A stretch of 64,000 bases of DNA from Vicugna vicugna. Lineage: Eukaryota. The first letter of the stretch is position 1. Each line of letters starts with the position of its first letter. This document shows, in pieces, positions 25,362 to 39,189 of the stretch. The stretch is taken from positions 8,783,819 to 8,847,818 of the forward strand of contig MU058065.1 in NCBI GenBank assembly GCA_013265495.1. The letters run 5' to 3'. The notes under the pieces are model-generated. The model was not told the DNA's origin. It searched no databases and saw nothing but the letters and a program-made list of their open reading frames with translations. Made by a program: the position numbers and the translations under genes.

Positions 25362-25512
25362 CATGTGATACTGAATTGGAGTTATTCTCATTTTTCATAG
25401 TAATTGAAATGACAGCCCTGGACATGTTGCTGGTTCTAGAATAATATTTTAAATTAGAAATAGTTGCCAGCATTTGGATAACCAAGGATTCATTTATAGT
25501 AAATGTTTCCAG

Positions 25513-26340
25513 ATGTGATAAATATATATTTGGTTTTTATCACTGGTTCCTGACACAAAACTTCTAAAACTCTTAGAATTTCCTGAATAGGGTGATAGGA
25601 AAATGTTTTGTTATTTATAACAAGCTCCTTTCAATCATACCTGAGTTGGATACGCTAATAAGGTGACTCTTAGCGGGCTCTCCTAGATAGCTTCAGGATG
25701 AGGGCTGGCTGTGAGGAACCAATCTTGTGATCAGAGAGTTAGAACTTTCAGGCCCACCCTACTGACCCCCAGGGAGAAGAGAAGGGGTTGGAGGTTGGTT
25801 TAATCACAAATCTTCGGTGATTTGATCAATCAGGCCCATGTGTGGAATCTCCATAAAACCCCGAAATGATAAGATTCAGAGAGCCTCCTAATTGATGAAC
25901 ACATTGAGGTGCTGGGAGGGTGGGAGGGAGAGCCCTTTGTCTCCTACGCCCTACACTGTACCTTGTCAATACACCTCTTCCATTTGGCTGTTTCTGAGCT
26001 GTGGCCTTTGTAATAAACTGGTAATAGCAAGTAAACTATTTTTGAGTTCTGTGAGCTGTTCTAACAAATTACAGAACCTGAGGAAGGGGTCATGGGAACC
26101 TCAAATTTATAGCCTGTTGGTCAGAAGTATAGGTGGTCTAGGACTTGCAATTATTGCCCAGAGTCGGGGCAGTCTTGCGGGAAAGAGCCCTTAACCTGTG
26201 GTGGCTGCACTACTGGTACCTAGTGTCAGAATTGAATTCTGGGACACCTAGTTGATGTCTAGAGAGTTGGAAAAATTGGTTGGTGTGAGGGGAAAAAAAC
26301 ACACACATTTGGTGTCAGAAGTGTTATCAGTAAAAACAGC
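25513..26340 (+). mobile_element. MER21-family LTR
   Basis: atatttggt..ggttcctgacaca..ctaaaac..aatttcctga, ctagatagcttcaggatg, tgagttctgtgagctgttcta, cacacatttggtgtcagaagtg. Confidence 0.8.
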
Positions 26341-28159
26341 ACACCAGGCTTTTATGATCTCAATATGCTAGAATATGTAACAGGCTTGCCAAATCCATAT
26401 GAAAAAAAACATACATGTAGGCTCTAGTCTACTGGGTAGATCAGATAGGACTCACTCAGCTGACTCACAGATACACGGAAATAGATCAAACAAGTAGCAT
26501 GTGTTTGAAAAGAACACTTTATAGTTAGACAGGGAGCGGGGATTTTTTTGACAATCGTTTTGAATGTGAGTCAGAGTGCAGGTTTGCGTGGGTGCATGTG
26601 TGGGTGGATACATCTGTGGGTGTCAGGAAGAAACAGCCAGAGATAGATGGCTGCAGTTCTATAGCTAGTAAAATGACTATAATAGTAAAATAAATTTAAA
26701 GGCACAGAGCTTCATAGAGCCCTTTAAAATAGTTTTAGACACATGATGTCTACAGACAGGCTTATTTAAAATGCCAATTGCTTCCCACAAAGACTTTAAA
26801 TTACCCCTCCTTACATAATGCCATGCAATTTTCATTTACCACTTACTTGCAATTTGGTAATTATCACAAATGAAACCCTATCTTACATTCCTGGTAGTCA
26901 AAACTTTTTAAAACTGGGAAATTGAGATAATCTGGCTACACTTCTTATCTAGAAATGACCTTCAGCAGTCTGTAGACCAAGAAATGATAGCAAATTACTC
27001 ACCACGGAAAAATGACCTAAATGGGTAATAGGATAAGAAGAATTTTATCTACAGCTATAAGATGATTTCTGATGTTCTTATCTACATATAGTAAGTGGGC
27101 AATACAAAAATGTAAAAAGATAGGGAATTGGCAATATGATTGCTTTCTTGGTTTTACCTGGGAGAGTAATAATGCTGGTGAAGTAACATCTCTGCATAAA
27201 GACTTAATTTAACAACAAATTCACAGATTCTCACTGTTTCGGGCAATTCCATGATTGCGTCCCTGTACCCTGGCAAGTGTGAATGTATGGGTAAGTCCAG
27301 AACCCACAAAGCTACTAAGAATATCACTCGATATTAAAGTGAATAATCCCAGAATGACAGAAATGATGGATTCACACACACAGGGTGAGTAGAGTCATTC
27401 AATATGCAACTCCCATATTTGAGCCTTTGGGCTGTGCCTCACTACTGTGCTTGCTTCTAGAATTCCAACCTACATCTGTCTTCAAGGAACTCAGCCCTTG
27501 AATTAAACAGTTAAGGAAGCTGATAAGCACTGTTTGTACCAGGTCAATGGAGGAAACAATTATTAATTCTTCATTCACCAACAGTGATTTTTTTCAAAGT
27601 AAATACATTTTTCTAATTATAAAAATAATATATGCTCATTATAAAAAATTCAGATACAAGAAGAAAATATCATTCAACGAGTTAAGGACAACTTTTAAAG
27701 CTATAAAACACCGAAAGAGTATAAAGGGTCCCATACTCATTTCATATCCCCTCTTTGTAAACTCACTTCTCCACTCCTTGCCATGCATCACTTTTCATTA
27801 TTAACTGGTGGAGAATAAGTGATACAATGTACTTGCCTAGCAGGACAATATGTCTATATACCATTACTGGTTCTCATATACTGTAAGCATAAAATATAAT
27901 TTATTTCATAAATTACTTTAGGCCCGGAAATATCAGAACTACATCTGCCTCTTATTTGCAGATAGAAAGATCACTCTTACACTCACAAGAAGAGAGCTCT
28001 TACCTGTCTCTGCTCTAAAGTCCTGATTCTTTACCTTCAGAGCTAGGAAGTCAAATCCCATGTAACCAGTCTGAGAATGATTAGTGGTGGCTTTGAGCCT
28101 CCATGAAGCTTAGAACTTTTGATGTGAGGATGAACAATATACTTAGAGTGTGTGAGTTC

Positions 28160-28525
28160 GTGTCAGCCAGCACAAGATAGGCTAATGTTGCAGTTACACA
28201 ATTAACCAGAGATCCCAGTGGCTTAACACAAGAAAAGTTTAATCTTGCTCATGCTACATGTCCACTACACATGGGGAGGCAGTCTTGCTCAAGGACCAGG
28301 ATGATGGGGTTTCTGACATCTATTGACTGCAACAGCTCCTTGGTCACTGTAACAGGGAAGGCAAGATGGGAGAATCCCAAATGGGCTTTTCACTGCCTCT
28401 GCCCAGAAGGAACACCGGTGCTTCTACTTGCATTCCACTGGCCATAGCTAATCACATGGTCTTCGTAACTTCAAAAGAGCTGAGGAATTAGGGGAACAGT
28501 TGGAATAATGATTTACAATTGTCTC
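28160..28525 (-). mobile_element. MLT1I-like MaLR LTR
   Basis: ataggctaatgttgcagtta..cagtggcttaacacaa..cttgctcatgctacatgtcca..cactggcca..atcacatgg. Confidence 0.6.
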
Positions 28526-28924
28526 TCCCTTAAACCTAAGTGCACTTTTCTGACCATAGGCTGACATCATCCAAAATCAAATAAGTGATGGTATTTACTA
28601 TATCAATTTTCTACTCCTTTGGCATGAAATTTGAGTTTGAGAAGAATGTAGAGAAGAATATCCCCTACATAAAAAGGTCTTGATACATAACGTAATTCAC
28701 GTATACATAATAGCTTTTTATTTTCCATAACAGATATTCAAGAAAGAGGAAGATGATTGTGAAAGAAAGTATTACCAAGCCCTCATTTTTTTACCATTAA
28801 TTCCAATTTGGGTTGACTAAAAGCAGCAACATGCTTGGATTTGTCAGGATAGACTAATTTCTGTAAGAAGTAGTTATCTCTGGTCTTTGGAATTCTGAGT
28901 AATTTTTTCTTCTATATATCTGAA

Positions 28925-29272
28925 TTTTATGGTTTTTCTATAATCTCAGTTTAAGAAAACAGAATTTATTAATTGCATATGTGACAGTTCTGTGTAGGTA
29001 TTTGATGAACGGCCTTCCAAAAGGTGATTCAGGGACCTGGGCTCCTCCTTTCTGAGACTGACCTCTTCTAGGGTTTTGGAGTCCTCTGCAGGTTCCTCAG
29101 ACAGACAAAGGAAGGGAACAGCAGGGAAGATCAGGGGCCCGGCTTGGAAACAGCATATATCATTTCCACCCACACTCATGATCACACTTCCCCTCAAGAG
29201 ATCCTGGGAAATGTAGTCCAACTGTGTGCACAGGAGGAAAAGAAATAAGTTTGGTGACTGTCTTTACCACAA
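28925..29272 (-). mobile_element. MLT1J/K-like MaLR LTR
   Basis: cagggacctgggctcct, atcatttccacccac, ctgggaaatgtagtc..tgtgcacaggaggaaaagaaa. Confidence 0.6.
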
Positions 29273-29479
29273 TGTCCCTAATGTGACCTAAATAAATAAG
29301 TAATAAAAGAGGAGAAGAAAAACTAAGGAGTCTGACCAGAGTTGGATGTGTCTGGGGAAAAGAATATTATTTCTATTGTCTTGTTCTTATTTCCTTCATT
29401 TATACCTATATGTTGCTTCTCTGCAAGTTCTTCCCTTATTTTCTTTTAAAACCAGATTTTAAGAATGCCCCACTTTGTT

Positions 29480-30030
29480 GAGAGTATACAGAAATGAACA
29501 TGATGCCACTCAGCTGGTTGGAATGTAAACTGATAGAACTTTACTGAAGGGAAATTTGTCTATGTGAATCAAAAAATCTTAAACAGAGTACAGCCAACAA
29601 TTCTTCTAGAATTTTATCCTAGGGAAACAAACAGGTACTGTAAACAGATGCATGTACAAGTAGACTTATCATAGTGTTGCTGATAATGGGGAAACAATTC
29701 CATGCCATAAATGTCCTGCAATTGAAGGTAAATTAATAATGTTACTTCTAATAAAATGTCATGTGGTCAGGAAAGAAGCCACAGAAGTCTATTTAGTAAT
29801 GTCAAACAATGTTCCTTACACAGTAAGTAAAAATATCTTTATAAATCTCTATTTCTAGAATATTCTCATTTTTATTTAAAAAAAGATTACATATATACAT
29901 AATACATATCAAATTAAAGTAAAAATTGAAATATTCTGGAATAGAAGCTTTGTAAACTGGTATTTTACATATATAATTTTTCACTCATCTATGTTTTCTA
30001 ATTTTTCTGTATAAACAAATGATATTTTTC
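29480..30030 (+). mobile_element. Old L1 (L1ME-type) 3' end
   Basis: gctggttggaatgtaaactga, caattcttctagaattttatcctag, A-rich tail. Confidence 0.6.
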
Positions 30031-31008
30031 TAACAAAGACTTTTTTTTATTTTAAAGCAAAAAATGGAAATCTCTAATGTTTAAAAAAAAACACAGAGTT
30101 TTAATCCATAGGCATCTCAAAGAAACAAACAACAAAACACCACCTGGTTACCCATACTGACTCTCTTGCAGACAGCCCCCTTGCCTGAGCACCTGATAGA
30201 GTCCCAGCCATCAGGGTGGGGGTAGGTGGGTGGGGTGGTGGTGGGGAGCCAAGTTCTTGGTAGGCCCTTGTCTCAGCTCCGGCCTTAGGCAAACTGTAGA
30301 GTCCATACATAGCTGCTGCTCTCCATTCCTCACCTCCCTCACCCTGACAATGGTCTGCTTTCTTTCCTCTGAGTAGGAAACCTGCAGAGGCAGCTGCCTT
30401 GTGATATTTTGTGTAGGCATGTGAGTTATATGTAAATCACATGCAAAGACACTAAGAATTGTTTCTCAGACGACCCAAGTCGAGAATATTTGTCTCAAGT
30501 TTGTGTTACACCTAAAAGAGAGCAGTTCTGATATTTCTCTTACTTAATTGCTTCCAATAATAAGTCAAGCTGCTGTCAGAAGAGGTTTCAGCTTTTTAAG
30601 TTCACAATTCATTTTGGAGTTATCCATGCATGCATACTTACAAAAGTTAAATTATTTTCAAAGTAAGAATAATTTTTCTACCACATGAATTCAAAGTAAG
30701 TGAAGAACCAGAACATGATAATTTTATCTAAGAATCAACATCCTTTATAATTCAAATAACATTAATATGGATTTATAACAGCCAAACGATGAAAACATAT
30801 TTAACTGCTTTCAATATTAAGAAAAGTGATTTTATGAACTATAGACTTCACTCAGCAAAATCACACATCTTTGTCACACACACACAAACACACATCCCAA
30901 ATTTTATTAATATCTGTTAAAATTACAGCAGTTATATTCATTTAAAAATTAATTCAAAGCAGTGTACTTTTTTAAAAAGGTAACACCTACATTAAAAAAT
31001 CAAAGCCA

Positions 31009-31278
31009 TGTGGAATCTAAAAAATACAACAAATTTGTGAATACAACATGAAAGAAGTAGACTCAGATCTAGAGAACAAACCAGCTGTTACCAGTGGGGA
31101 GTGGGGGAGGGGCAACATAGGGGTGGGAGAGTGGGACTTACAAGCTGTTGGGTGTCAGATAGGCTCAGGATGTACTGTACAACATGGGGAACACAGCCAA
31201 TATTTCATACTAACTGTAAATGGAAAGTAATCTATAAAAATTGTATAAAATAAAAAGTTAAATTTAAAAACTCACTTT
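31009..31278 (+). mobile_element. 5'-truncated young L1 3' end (cetartiodactyl type) with TSD
   Basis: tgtggaatctaaaaaa..gtagactca..gagaacaaa..gggtgtcagataggctca.gatgtactgtacaac..actgtaaatggaaagtaa; TSD aaaaaa(t)caaagcca at 30994-31008 and 31279-31292. Confidence 0.8.
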
Positions 31279-32839
31279 AAAAAACAAAGCCAATATTGCT
31301 TTTCTATTAAAGAGCAACTTTTAGTCAATCCCAGTGTACTCTCTTCAGAAAATTATGAAACTCAGGGAAAAGACAGAACGTACCAAGATGTCACTTTGTT
31401 TGCTTAGTTATAATAACCCATACTAGCCTAGGCTGTTTTTGGTTTTCAAAAGCAGATTGATAAAGAGGAAATATTGATAGCTATATGTAACTCATTCTTA
31501 TTTTACTGATTAGCAGTAAGTTAAGGATTCCCCTTCCTAACAGAGGAGGATAAGATACTAATTTTCACAGTCATTCAGGATTTTAATAGGAGGTAGAAGG
31601 GGATTATCCCTGAGGGGTGAGGAAATAAATTGCGGGGAAACAGACTATGGGCAGGACCCTCTGCCTCCTTCATGATTCCCTGGTAGGTTCTAGCTAAGTA
31701 TTGCTGTAAGTAACTCTCTTGCTAAGGTGGTTTTTGCCACCATAAAGGGCATCAGGCCAACCTAAAAGGTGTGTTCTGGGGGAGGCCTGGTTCTCACGCC
31801 TCAATGTTACTGTTCCTCTGGGAGATCTTGTCTGTCTCCCCGTTATTGGCTACATCCTTTGAGCACCAGCTGTAAATGCTGTTCATTTGCTCCTGACTCA
31901 CCATTCCTGTCATCCCACTTTCTTGGCTGGACCATCACTAAAAAGACCTTGGTCAGTCTGGGATGTCCCAACTCACCCACAGTCCCTAGCTGGCTGCCAG
32001 TGGGCATGGGCTTTCCCACTGCTGAATTTAGACAATGTGTAAAGAGGGTTCACTGTATCGGGCAGGAAGACGACAGAGAAAAAAGCTCACTGATTCACCT
32101 GAGAATTACCCTGGAATAGTGTTGAGACCAGTGAAAGGGACTAGTGCAATTATAAAGGTATCTAAGTGTATGACTTGTTCTCTGATAACCAGAGATCAGA
32201 TAGTAAGAAATTGAAGAGTAAAATTTGGCAACTCAAGTTTATTGTTTTGAATCTCTTTGACAAATAGGCTGCATGATGTTTTCTTATGTTCCCACTCATT
32301 TTCCCACTTACCCATATCAGCCATCCTTCAATCCCCTCCCTTCCATACAGCTGTTAGCCTCCAACACTTACCTTTTTGCTAACTACCCTGATTCTCCCAC
32401 CTACCAATCAGTGAACCCATTTACACCTGTGAGATCATGAATCATGGTAGTCTGTGGAATGTCTTTCTGAAAGTATAGGCATGTTTCCTTTCACCTCCAG
32501 AACATGATTTTCTTTAGGTGAATAGGTTCTTTGGTTAACCTGTGTGGCTATATTGTTATATAACATAATATATAGGTATGTTCACCTCTATTGAGCAGAT
32601 GGCTGAATCCAGATGATGGCTTAAATCAACCATATTTATATACAAAGTGTAAATTTATCCCTGTAGGTATGTACATACCAAGAGGTATAAACTCTTGTGT
32701 TTCCCTGGGATCTGTGTTTAGGTACTTGGGTTGTTTATGTATGTAGAAGTCTGCATCTGTATTCATCTGTACATGTGTTAAGGCCCAGTATGACCATCTG
32801 CCTCCAAATCTCCCTATCTAGCAGTGCTATCCTCTTGAG

Positions 32840-34646
32840 TTTTTTTTATAATTTTTATTTTTATTGTGGTAAAATATATGTAAAATAAAGTTTACCATTT
32901 TAACCAATTTTAAGTATACAATTCATGGCATTAATTACATTCACAATGTTGGGCAAACAATCACCACTGTGTGTTCCCCAGATTTTCCATCACTCAAAAA
33001 GAAACTCTGTAACCATTAAGCAATAACCCCCTGTACCCCTTCTCTCATCCCCTGGCACCCTCTAATCTACTTTCTATCTCTGTGAATTTGCCTATTCTGG
33101 ATATTTCATGTAAGTGGGATCATAATAATTGTCCTGTTTATGTCTCTTGTGTCTGGCTTATTTCACTTAGCATAATGTTTTCAAGGTTCAGCCTTGTTGG
33201 AGCATATAAAGAACTTCATTCCTTTATATGGCTGAATAATATTCCATTATGGGTATATACCACATTTTATTTCTCCATTTATTTGTTATGGACACTTGGG
33301 CTGTTTCTACCATTTAGCTATTATGAATAAAGCTGACATTAATGTTTGCATACGAGTGTCTGTTCAAATCCCTGTTTTTAATTTTTTGGCGTATATACCT
33401 ATCAGTTGAGTTGCTGGCTCATACAGTAATTTTATGTTTAGCTTTTTGAGGAACCACCAAAATATTTCAAAAGTGGCTGGACCATTTTACATTATCACCA
33501 GCAATGCATGAGGGTTTCAATTTCTCCACATCTTTGCCAACATTTTTGTTTTCTTTTCTATCTTTTTTGGGGGGCGCAGATAATAACAATGCTAAATGAG
33601 TTTGAAGTAGTATCTCACTGTGATTTTGACTTGCATTTCTCTAATAATCAGTGATGTTGAGCATTTTTTTCACGTGCCTATTGGCCATCTCTATATTTTC
33701 ATTAGAGAAATGTCTATTCAAATCCTTTGCCCAGCTTTTAATTGGGCTTTTAACTGGGTTTCTTTTTTGTTGTTGAGTTGGAGGAATTCTTTATATATTC
33801 TGGATATTAATTCTTTATTAGACATATGATTTGCGAATATATTCTCCCATTCTATATGTTGGCTTTTCACTTTCTTGATAATATCCTTTGAAGTACAAAA
33901 GTTTTAAAATTTGATGAAATCCAATTTATTTCTTTTTTCTTTTTCTTTTGTTGCTCATGCTTCTGGTGTCATATCTAAGAATCTATTGCCAAATCCAAGG
34001 TCATGAAGATTTTCTACAGCGTTTTCTCCTGAGATATTCATGATTTCAGCTCTCATATTTAGGTCACTGACACATTTTGAACTAACTTTTGTATATTGTG
34101 TGATGTAGGGTCCAACTTCACTTTTTACATGTGGAAATCCAGGTGTCCCAGAACTATTTGTTGAAGAGACTGCTCTTGTCCCATTACATGGACTTGTCAC
34201 CCTTGTCAAATATTAGCCATAGATGTATGGGTTTATTCCCAAACTTTCAATTCTATTTTATTGGTCTGTATGTCTATCTATCTTTATGCCAGAACCACGC
34301 CATTTTGATTATTGTAGGCTTGTAGTAACTTTTGAAATCAGGAAATGTGGGTCCTTCTTCTGTTTAAGATTGTTTTGGCTATTCAGTGCCCCTTGCAATT
34401 CCACATAAAATTGAAGATTGGCTCTTCCAGTTCTGCAAAAAGGGCTATTGGAGTTTTGATAGTGACTGTAGTGAATCTGTAGATTGTTTTGTATATGATT
34501 GCAATCTTAACAAGAAGTCTTGCTCCCCATAAACATGGGCTGTCTCCATTTATTTAGGTCTTTAATTTCTTTCAGATATGCTTTGTAGTTTTCAGTGTAC
34601 AAGTCTTTCACCTTCTTGGTTAAATTTATTCCTAGGTATTTTATTT
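32840..34646 (-). mobile_element. L1MB-type LINE-1, ~1.8 kb of ORF2 3' end and 3'UTR
   Basis: ttattgtggtaaaatata..tttaccattttaacca, ctattctggatatttcat, ccattttacatt..ccagcaatg, atctaagaatctattgccaaatccaaggtcatgaagattt. Confidence 0.9.
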
Positions 34647-34649
34647 ACC

Positions 34650-34770
34650 CTCTCCTTTTAACTGACTTGAAATCCTTCTCCATTGTAATTATTGGACTAA
34701 GATGTGTCCATAGTGCATAGAATAGTGCCTAACGCACAGCAGACATTGAACAAATGCTAATTGAATGTAA
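34650..34770 (+). mobile_element. L2 3' end (more L2 at ~32690-32840; split by the L1)
   Basis: agaatagtgcctaacgcacagcagacattgaacaaatg. Confidence 0.55.
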
Positions 34771-34779
34771 GAATCTCTA

Positions 34780-34930
34780 AAATCATAGGATCTTAGAACT
34801 TTGAGGAAACACTCATACCAGTTCTATTCTTCTAAAGATGAGGAAATGATGTTCAAAGTGGGAAAGTGAATTGTTCCATACAGCAATTAGCTAGTGGTAG
34901 AACCAGAAATTCACATCTCCTAAGACTTTT
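34780..34930 (-). mobile_element. MIR fragment
   Basis: aatcatagga..agatgaggaaa..gctagtggtagaacc. Confidence 0.6.
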
Positions 34931-35749
34931 CTGTGAATCAGATGTAATCACTATATGCCAAAATTCTGTCTGCTGAAGTAGATAAATGAGTATGTTTATA
35001 AACATGGATGCTTGTCTTTGGGTATGGAGATTTTTTTCAGTATCTGGTTCCTATACTTTTAAATGAGTCTTAGGTTTCTTTTAGGATTCAAATGAATCTT
35101 AGGATTACACCAAGGATTTGTATACCTACCAAAGTAGCTTGCATTTAAGACCAACATGTAGGTATTTCAGCAAATGAGGTTATTCAAATGGATAATTAAA
35201 ATAGACTATCTGGAGATATCTATCAATAATGGCATTATATATGGAAATCTCTAGGACTATGTGTGTGTATGTGTTAGATGGGATGGTTGAGGGACATTTT
35301 GGAAATAAATTTAGCCCATTAGATCTTCCCTTGCTGAGAGATGATCCTCCACTAGGCTTTACTTCCTAAATAATTTTTGTTATAGAATTACTTCCATTTA
35401 GAGACAGAGTGAAGAAAAGAAAAAAGAACTGTTTCCTTGTTTACCAACTGGGACATTCCTTAATGTGATTTTTTTAAAGAACTGCCTATGGTGTTTTGTT
35501 TTTGTTTTTGTTTTTTTTCCTCCCTTCTAAGGTAAGGGTTAATCAGCCTGGGACAGAGGTTTAGTGTTGCTTTATTTTTTGGTCCTTTTTTTTTTATAAC
35601 TGGTCAGTCCCTCTGTCATTCTCTTACTTCTCCTGATATAGGCATCTCCAAGGACCTCATAAAGATGGTCAGTAATTGTCAGTCTGGGAATTCTCTCTGA
35701 GTCAATGGTGGAAGATCAGCAACTCTTTGACTCTGAAATTTGGGAGCTG

Positions 35750-36287
35750 TATAGGAGAATTGCTAGTTGCCTGCTCAATATCCTCCCTTAACTTTATTTA
35801 CTGATAGCTCCCCAATGTAACTGTAGGCAATAATGTGCTTAGGAAAAACAAAACAAAACAAAAAATGGGGAAAAAAACCCCCACACAGATATACCCTACA
35901 TTTCCTACTCTCCTCTGCAGCTAGAGGTTGACATTAGCCCAGCTCTGGATAATCAGGCATAAGCAAAAATTTTCACATGGGCTTTCAGGAAAGCTCTTTA
36001 AAATGGAGTTGATAGCTGACAAATGTCTTTTGCCCTTTGCACTCTGCCCTTCCTCTCAGCTGGATTCTAGATGTAATGCTAGAGGTGGAGCAGCCCACTT
36101 ATAACTATGGCAACCATGAGGGGAAGGTTAAGATGTCACAGAGATATCAATACTGACATCACTGTGCTGCTGAACCAATGCCCACTACCACCTACCTCTT
36201 GTACAAGAAAAACCCCTGATTAGTTTAAACCACTGTATTTTGAGGAGTCTCTTAACCAGCAGCCCAATTTAATTCTTAACTGATACA
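35750..36287 (+). mobile_element. MLT1J-like MaLR LTR
   Basis: ctacatttcc..tgcagctagagg, gatgtaatgctagaggtggagcagcc, gtttaaaccactgt, end ttcttaactgataca. Confidence 0.7.
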
Positions 36288-36369
36288 GGAACTTAAAGAG
36301 CTCAGTGAGATAACCGGAGTTATTTTGTTGGCATATTAGACAGACTTACAGTAAACATGGAGGAATTCT

Positions 36370-37380
36370 AGGTAGCCAAGATAATGGTGGTGGCATGAAT
36401 CTAAAACTCCCAACATATTGCCTTCTCTAAAAAACAAAAACAAAAACAAAACACCAGGGAAAACAAGAGAGCAAATAAAATGATATAAAACCCATGTCTT
36501 CAGATAACTAAAAACAGAGAATGTCCACATTTCAAATTAACTGTAAATAGAAAAACAAACATTAAGTCCCAGAAAGCTGTCTCCCACACTGCCCCTCAGG
36601 AAAACAAAGTCAGTTTGGGAAAAACCATGCAGAGTACAGAAAAGGGGAGAGAGTGGTGGTCTTAGGATTGATTTAAAACTACCAGAAGAAGAAAGTCCAC
36701 TTGTCGGTGGAGCACCTACTACATGGAAAGTACTTAACTGTGTGTGCAGGGTGAAAGGAGGCAGCCTTGGAAAGACAAAGCTTCCTAGTGAAAATGGTAC
36801 AAAGGGAAGAGTTCCTTCAAAAATCATACAAGGTGGCAGGCGGAGGCAGGGAACTTGAAGGAGAAACTTAGAAACCTGCCAGACCCTGTCTCCTCAAAAT
36901 GGAAGGAAACCCAATCTGTACCCCTATTACTTCTTTTCCATAAACAAAAAAACCATACATATAAACAAATAAATAGAATTTTAAAAAGAGAAAAGAAGTC
37001 ATATTTTACTGCACTAACAGAAGAGGGCGCTCTTGATCTAGGAATCTTGCAACCACCCCTAAACCTCCAGCCCTGTCCATAGAAATGCAAATCAGTTTCC
37101 ATCTAAGCAAAATTACTAAAATAAGAAAGAATCCAAACAATTCAACTGATAAAAATTCCTCCCCCCAATAATGGTGAAGTAGCAGAAAACTCCCCAACTG
37201 TAACACAGTTCTCTAAACTGAATTAGGTATCTTCAAACAAGCACGTGGGAATAATGAAAAAACACCTCTATGAGAAATTCAAAAACTAAGTACAGAAATG
37301 GAAGAGAAAACTAGAAAAAAATAAAATGAGAGTTGATTGAAATCAGGAAAGAAATAGAAGAAACAATAGAATAAACATTA
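36370..37380 (+). mobile_element. HAL1 / old L1 5'UTR-ORF1 fragment
   Basis: Very A-rich; aaactgaatta..tcaaacaagca..agaaattcaaaaactaag.acagaaatgga..tcaggaaagaaatagaagaaa resembles ORF1 coiled-coil coding sequence. Confidence 0.55.
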
Positions 37381-37729
37381 AACTGCATTACCTGTAAGAT
37401 TTTAGATAATGTGTACTGACATTTTAAATACATATACACACACATATGCATGCCATCCTTCAAGGTACAGTCAAACAGTTTCTTCGCCATGCAGCTTTTT
37501 GGGATTTTTCCTAAATGAATCTGACCTTTGAAGCAGGCAATAAATGGTGTCAGGTATTATTGCTATTATCACCACTATCGACAATTGATTAATTGAGGAC
37601 AGCAAGGGAGGGGAGAGAATCCCAAATAAAATGTCTGGAGCAAAAAATTATAGAGTTTATCATACCCTTGTGTCCACCTAGGCCAACGATTTGACTTTAT
37701 GTATGAGATTCAGGGAGGTAACATGGGGA

Positions 37730-39020
37730 CCCATGGAAAAAGCCATCCTTTCCTTCTCTCTCCTCTTTTCCTCCTTACTCTTCAAAAGACAACTGAAGCC
37801 TCCTTTTGCATCCAGCCTCCAGCATTCTCCAGATGCTGAGACCTCCCCTCTCAGCAGGATCCCTTTTATGTTCACCCTCCCCTTTTCCTCTAACACATTC
37901 TCCTAGACAGAAGCTCTGCCTAAATCACTGTCATTATAAAATGCAAATAAGCCAAACCACCTTTCCTTGACTCTGTCATCTCTGATTTTCCTCTTATCAT
38001 TAAACTTATGAAAGTGCATTATACTAGCTCTCGGCTCTTCCTCACTACTCATTCCTAAAACTCTTGCTATTCATTCTCTCTGAAAACTACTTCTAGAAAC
38101 TGTCAGCTACCATCTTTAAATACTCCTATCCATAATCTTCTTGGATGCACAGTCTTTTTCCTCTCGTCAGTTCCAAAGCTACTCATTCTCTTGTTCTGGC
38201 TTTATCTTCTTCCCTCTTCAATGTAGATATTCCACCAAAGTTCTCCACTACCTTCTTTTTCTGTGCTTACAGCTACAAACTGTAAATATACATCTTCAGG
38301 TCCATCTGCTTCTTGGGTGTCTCTCTGGACATCATCCCTGGGTTCCAGGAGGCACCTGGAGCTTAACATGTCTGAAACTGAATTCTATACCCTCTTTTCA
38401 ATTCTGTATCTCCTCTCAATCTCCAGCCCAGCTTCAAATAGTCCTGGATATCATCCTTTCCTTTATCTTCTGTCCCAAATAATTTATACGTTCAACTCAA
38501 AATATTTATTGAGTACTTAGTATGTGTAGGCACTAGCCATGGGACTGGGGATGGGAGAGTAACAAGACTCACTTTCTACATTTATACTTACAGACTCGGT
38601 GAAAAGTCCTGTCCAATCACTGTACACAACTTTTCTTTCATCCTATTGTCATACTTTTCATGCCCATTATCACCCTCCATATTCAAGTCAGCATTACCTG
38701 TTTCCAAGACTAATAAATCAGCCTTTTATGAGATTTCTCTGAAGCCAGCCTGGCCAAACAGAGCTGATCTCTGTTCTTGCATGTTTTGTACTTCAGCACA
38801 TCTGCTCCTGTTTCTGTGTTTCCCTCTGCCTGGAACACCCTCCTCTGATCTCCCCATGCTACACTTCATCTGTCCTTTAAGACCCATCTCAAGTGCCAGC
38901 CCTCTCTGATGTTTTCCCTGACTTCCTAGGCCAGGAATGTGTCTTCTTTCTCTAAATCCATGCAGACTTGTCCTCTGCACCTATGCTTTTACTAGCTGTC
39001 CCCCCGTCCAGGCTTGGTGC
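37730..39020 (+). mobile_element. L2 LINE (long decayed piece) with a nested opposite-strand L2 tail at ~38485-38590
   Basis: Pyrimidine-rich; gcttaacatgtctgaaactgaatt, ccctctgcctggaacaccc; nested aaatatttattgagtac..ggcact. Confidence 0.6.
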
Positions 39021-39189
39021 TCCACAAATTATGATTAGATATAGAAACCAGTTTTCTGTGATAGGAAAGTGGCCAGTGGTCAACTTCAAGAAAGATTATT
39101 CCATCATCAGCTAATTTGTGTATCTTTTTTTCTGGAGATTTGATAAACCAAACTACCAAAGAAGCTGAATATGCTAGGGTTACTAAATT

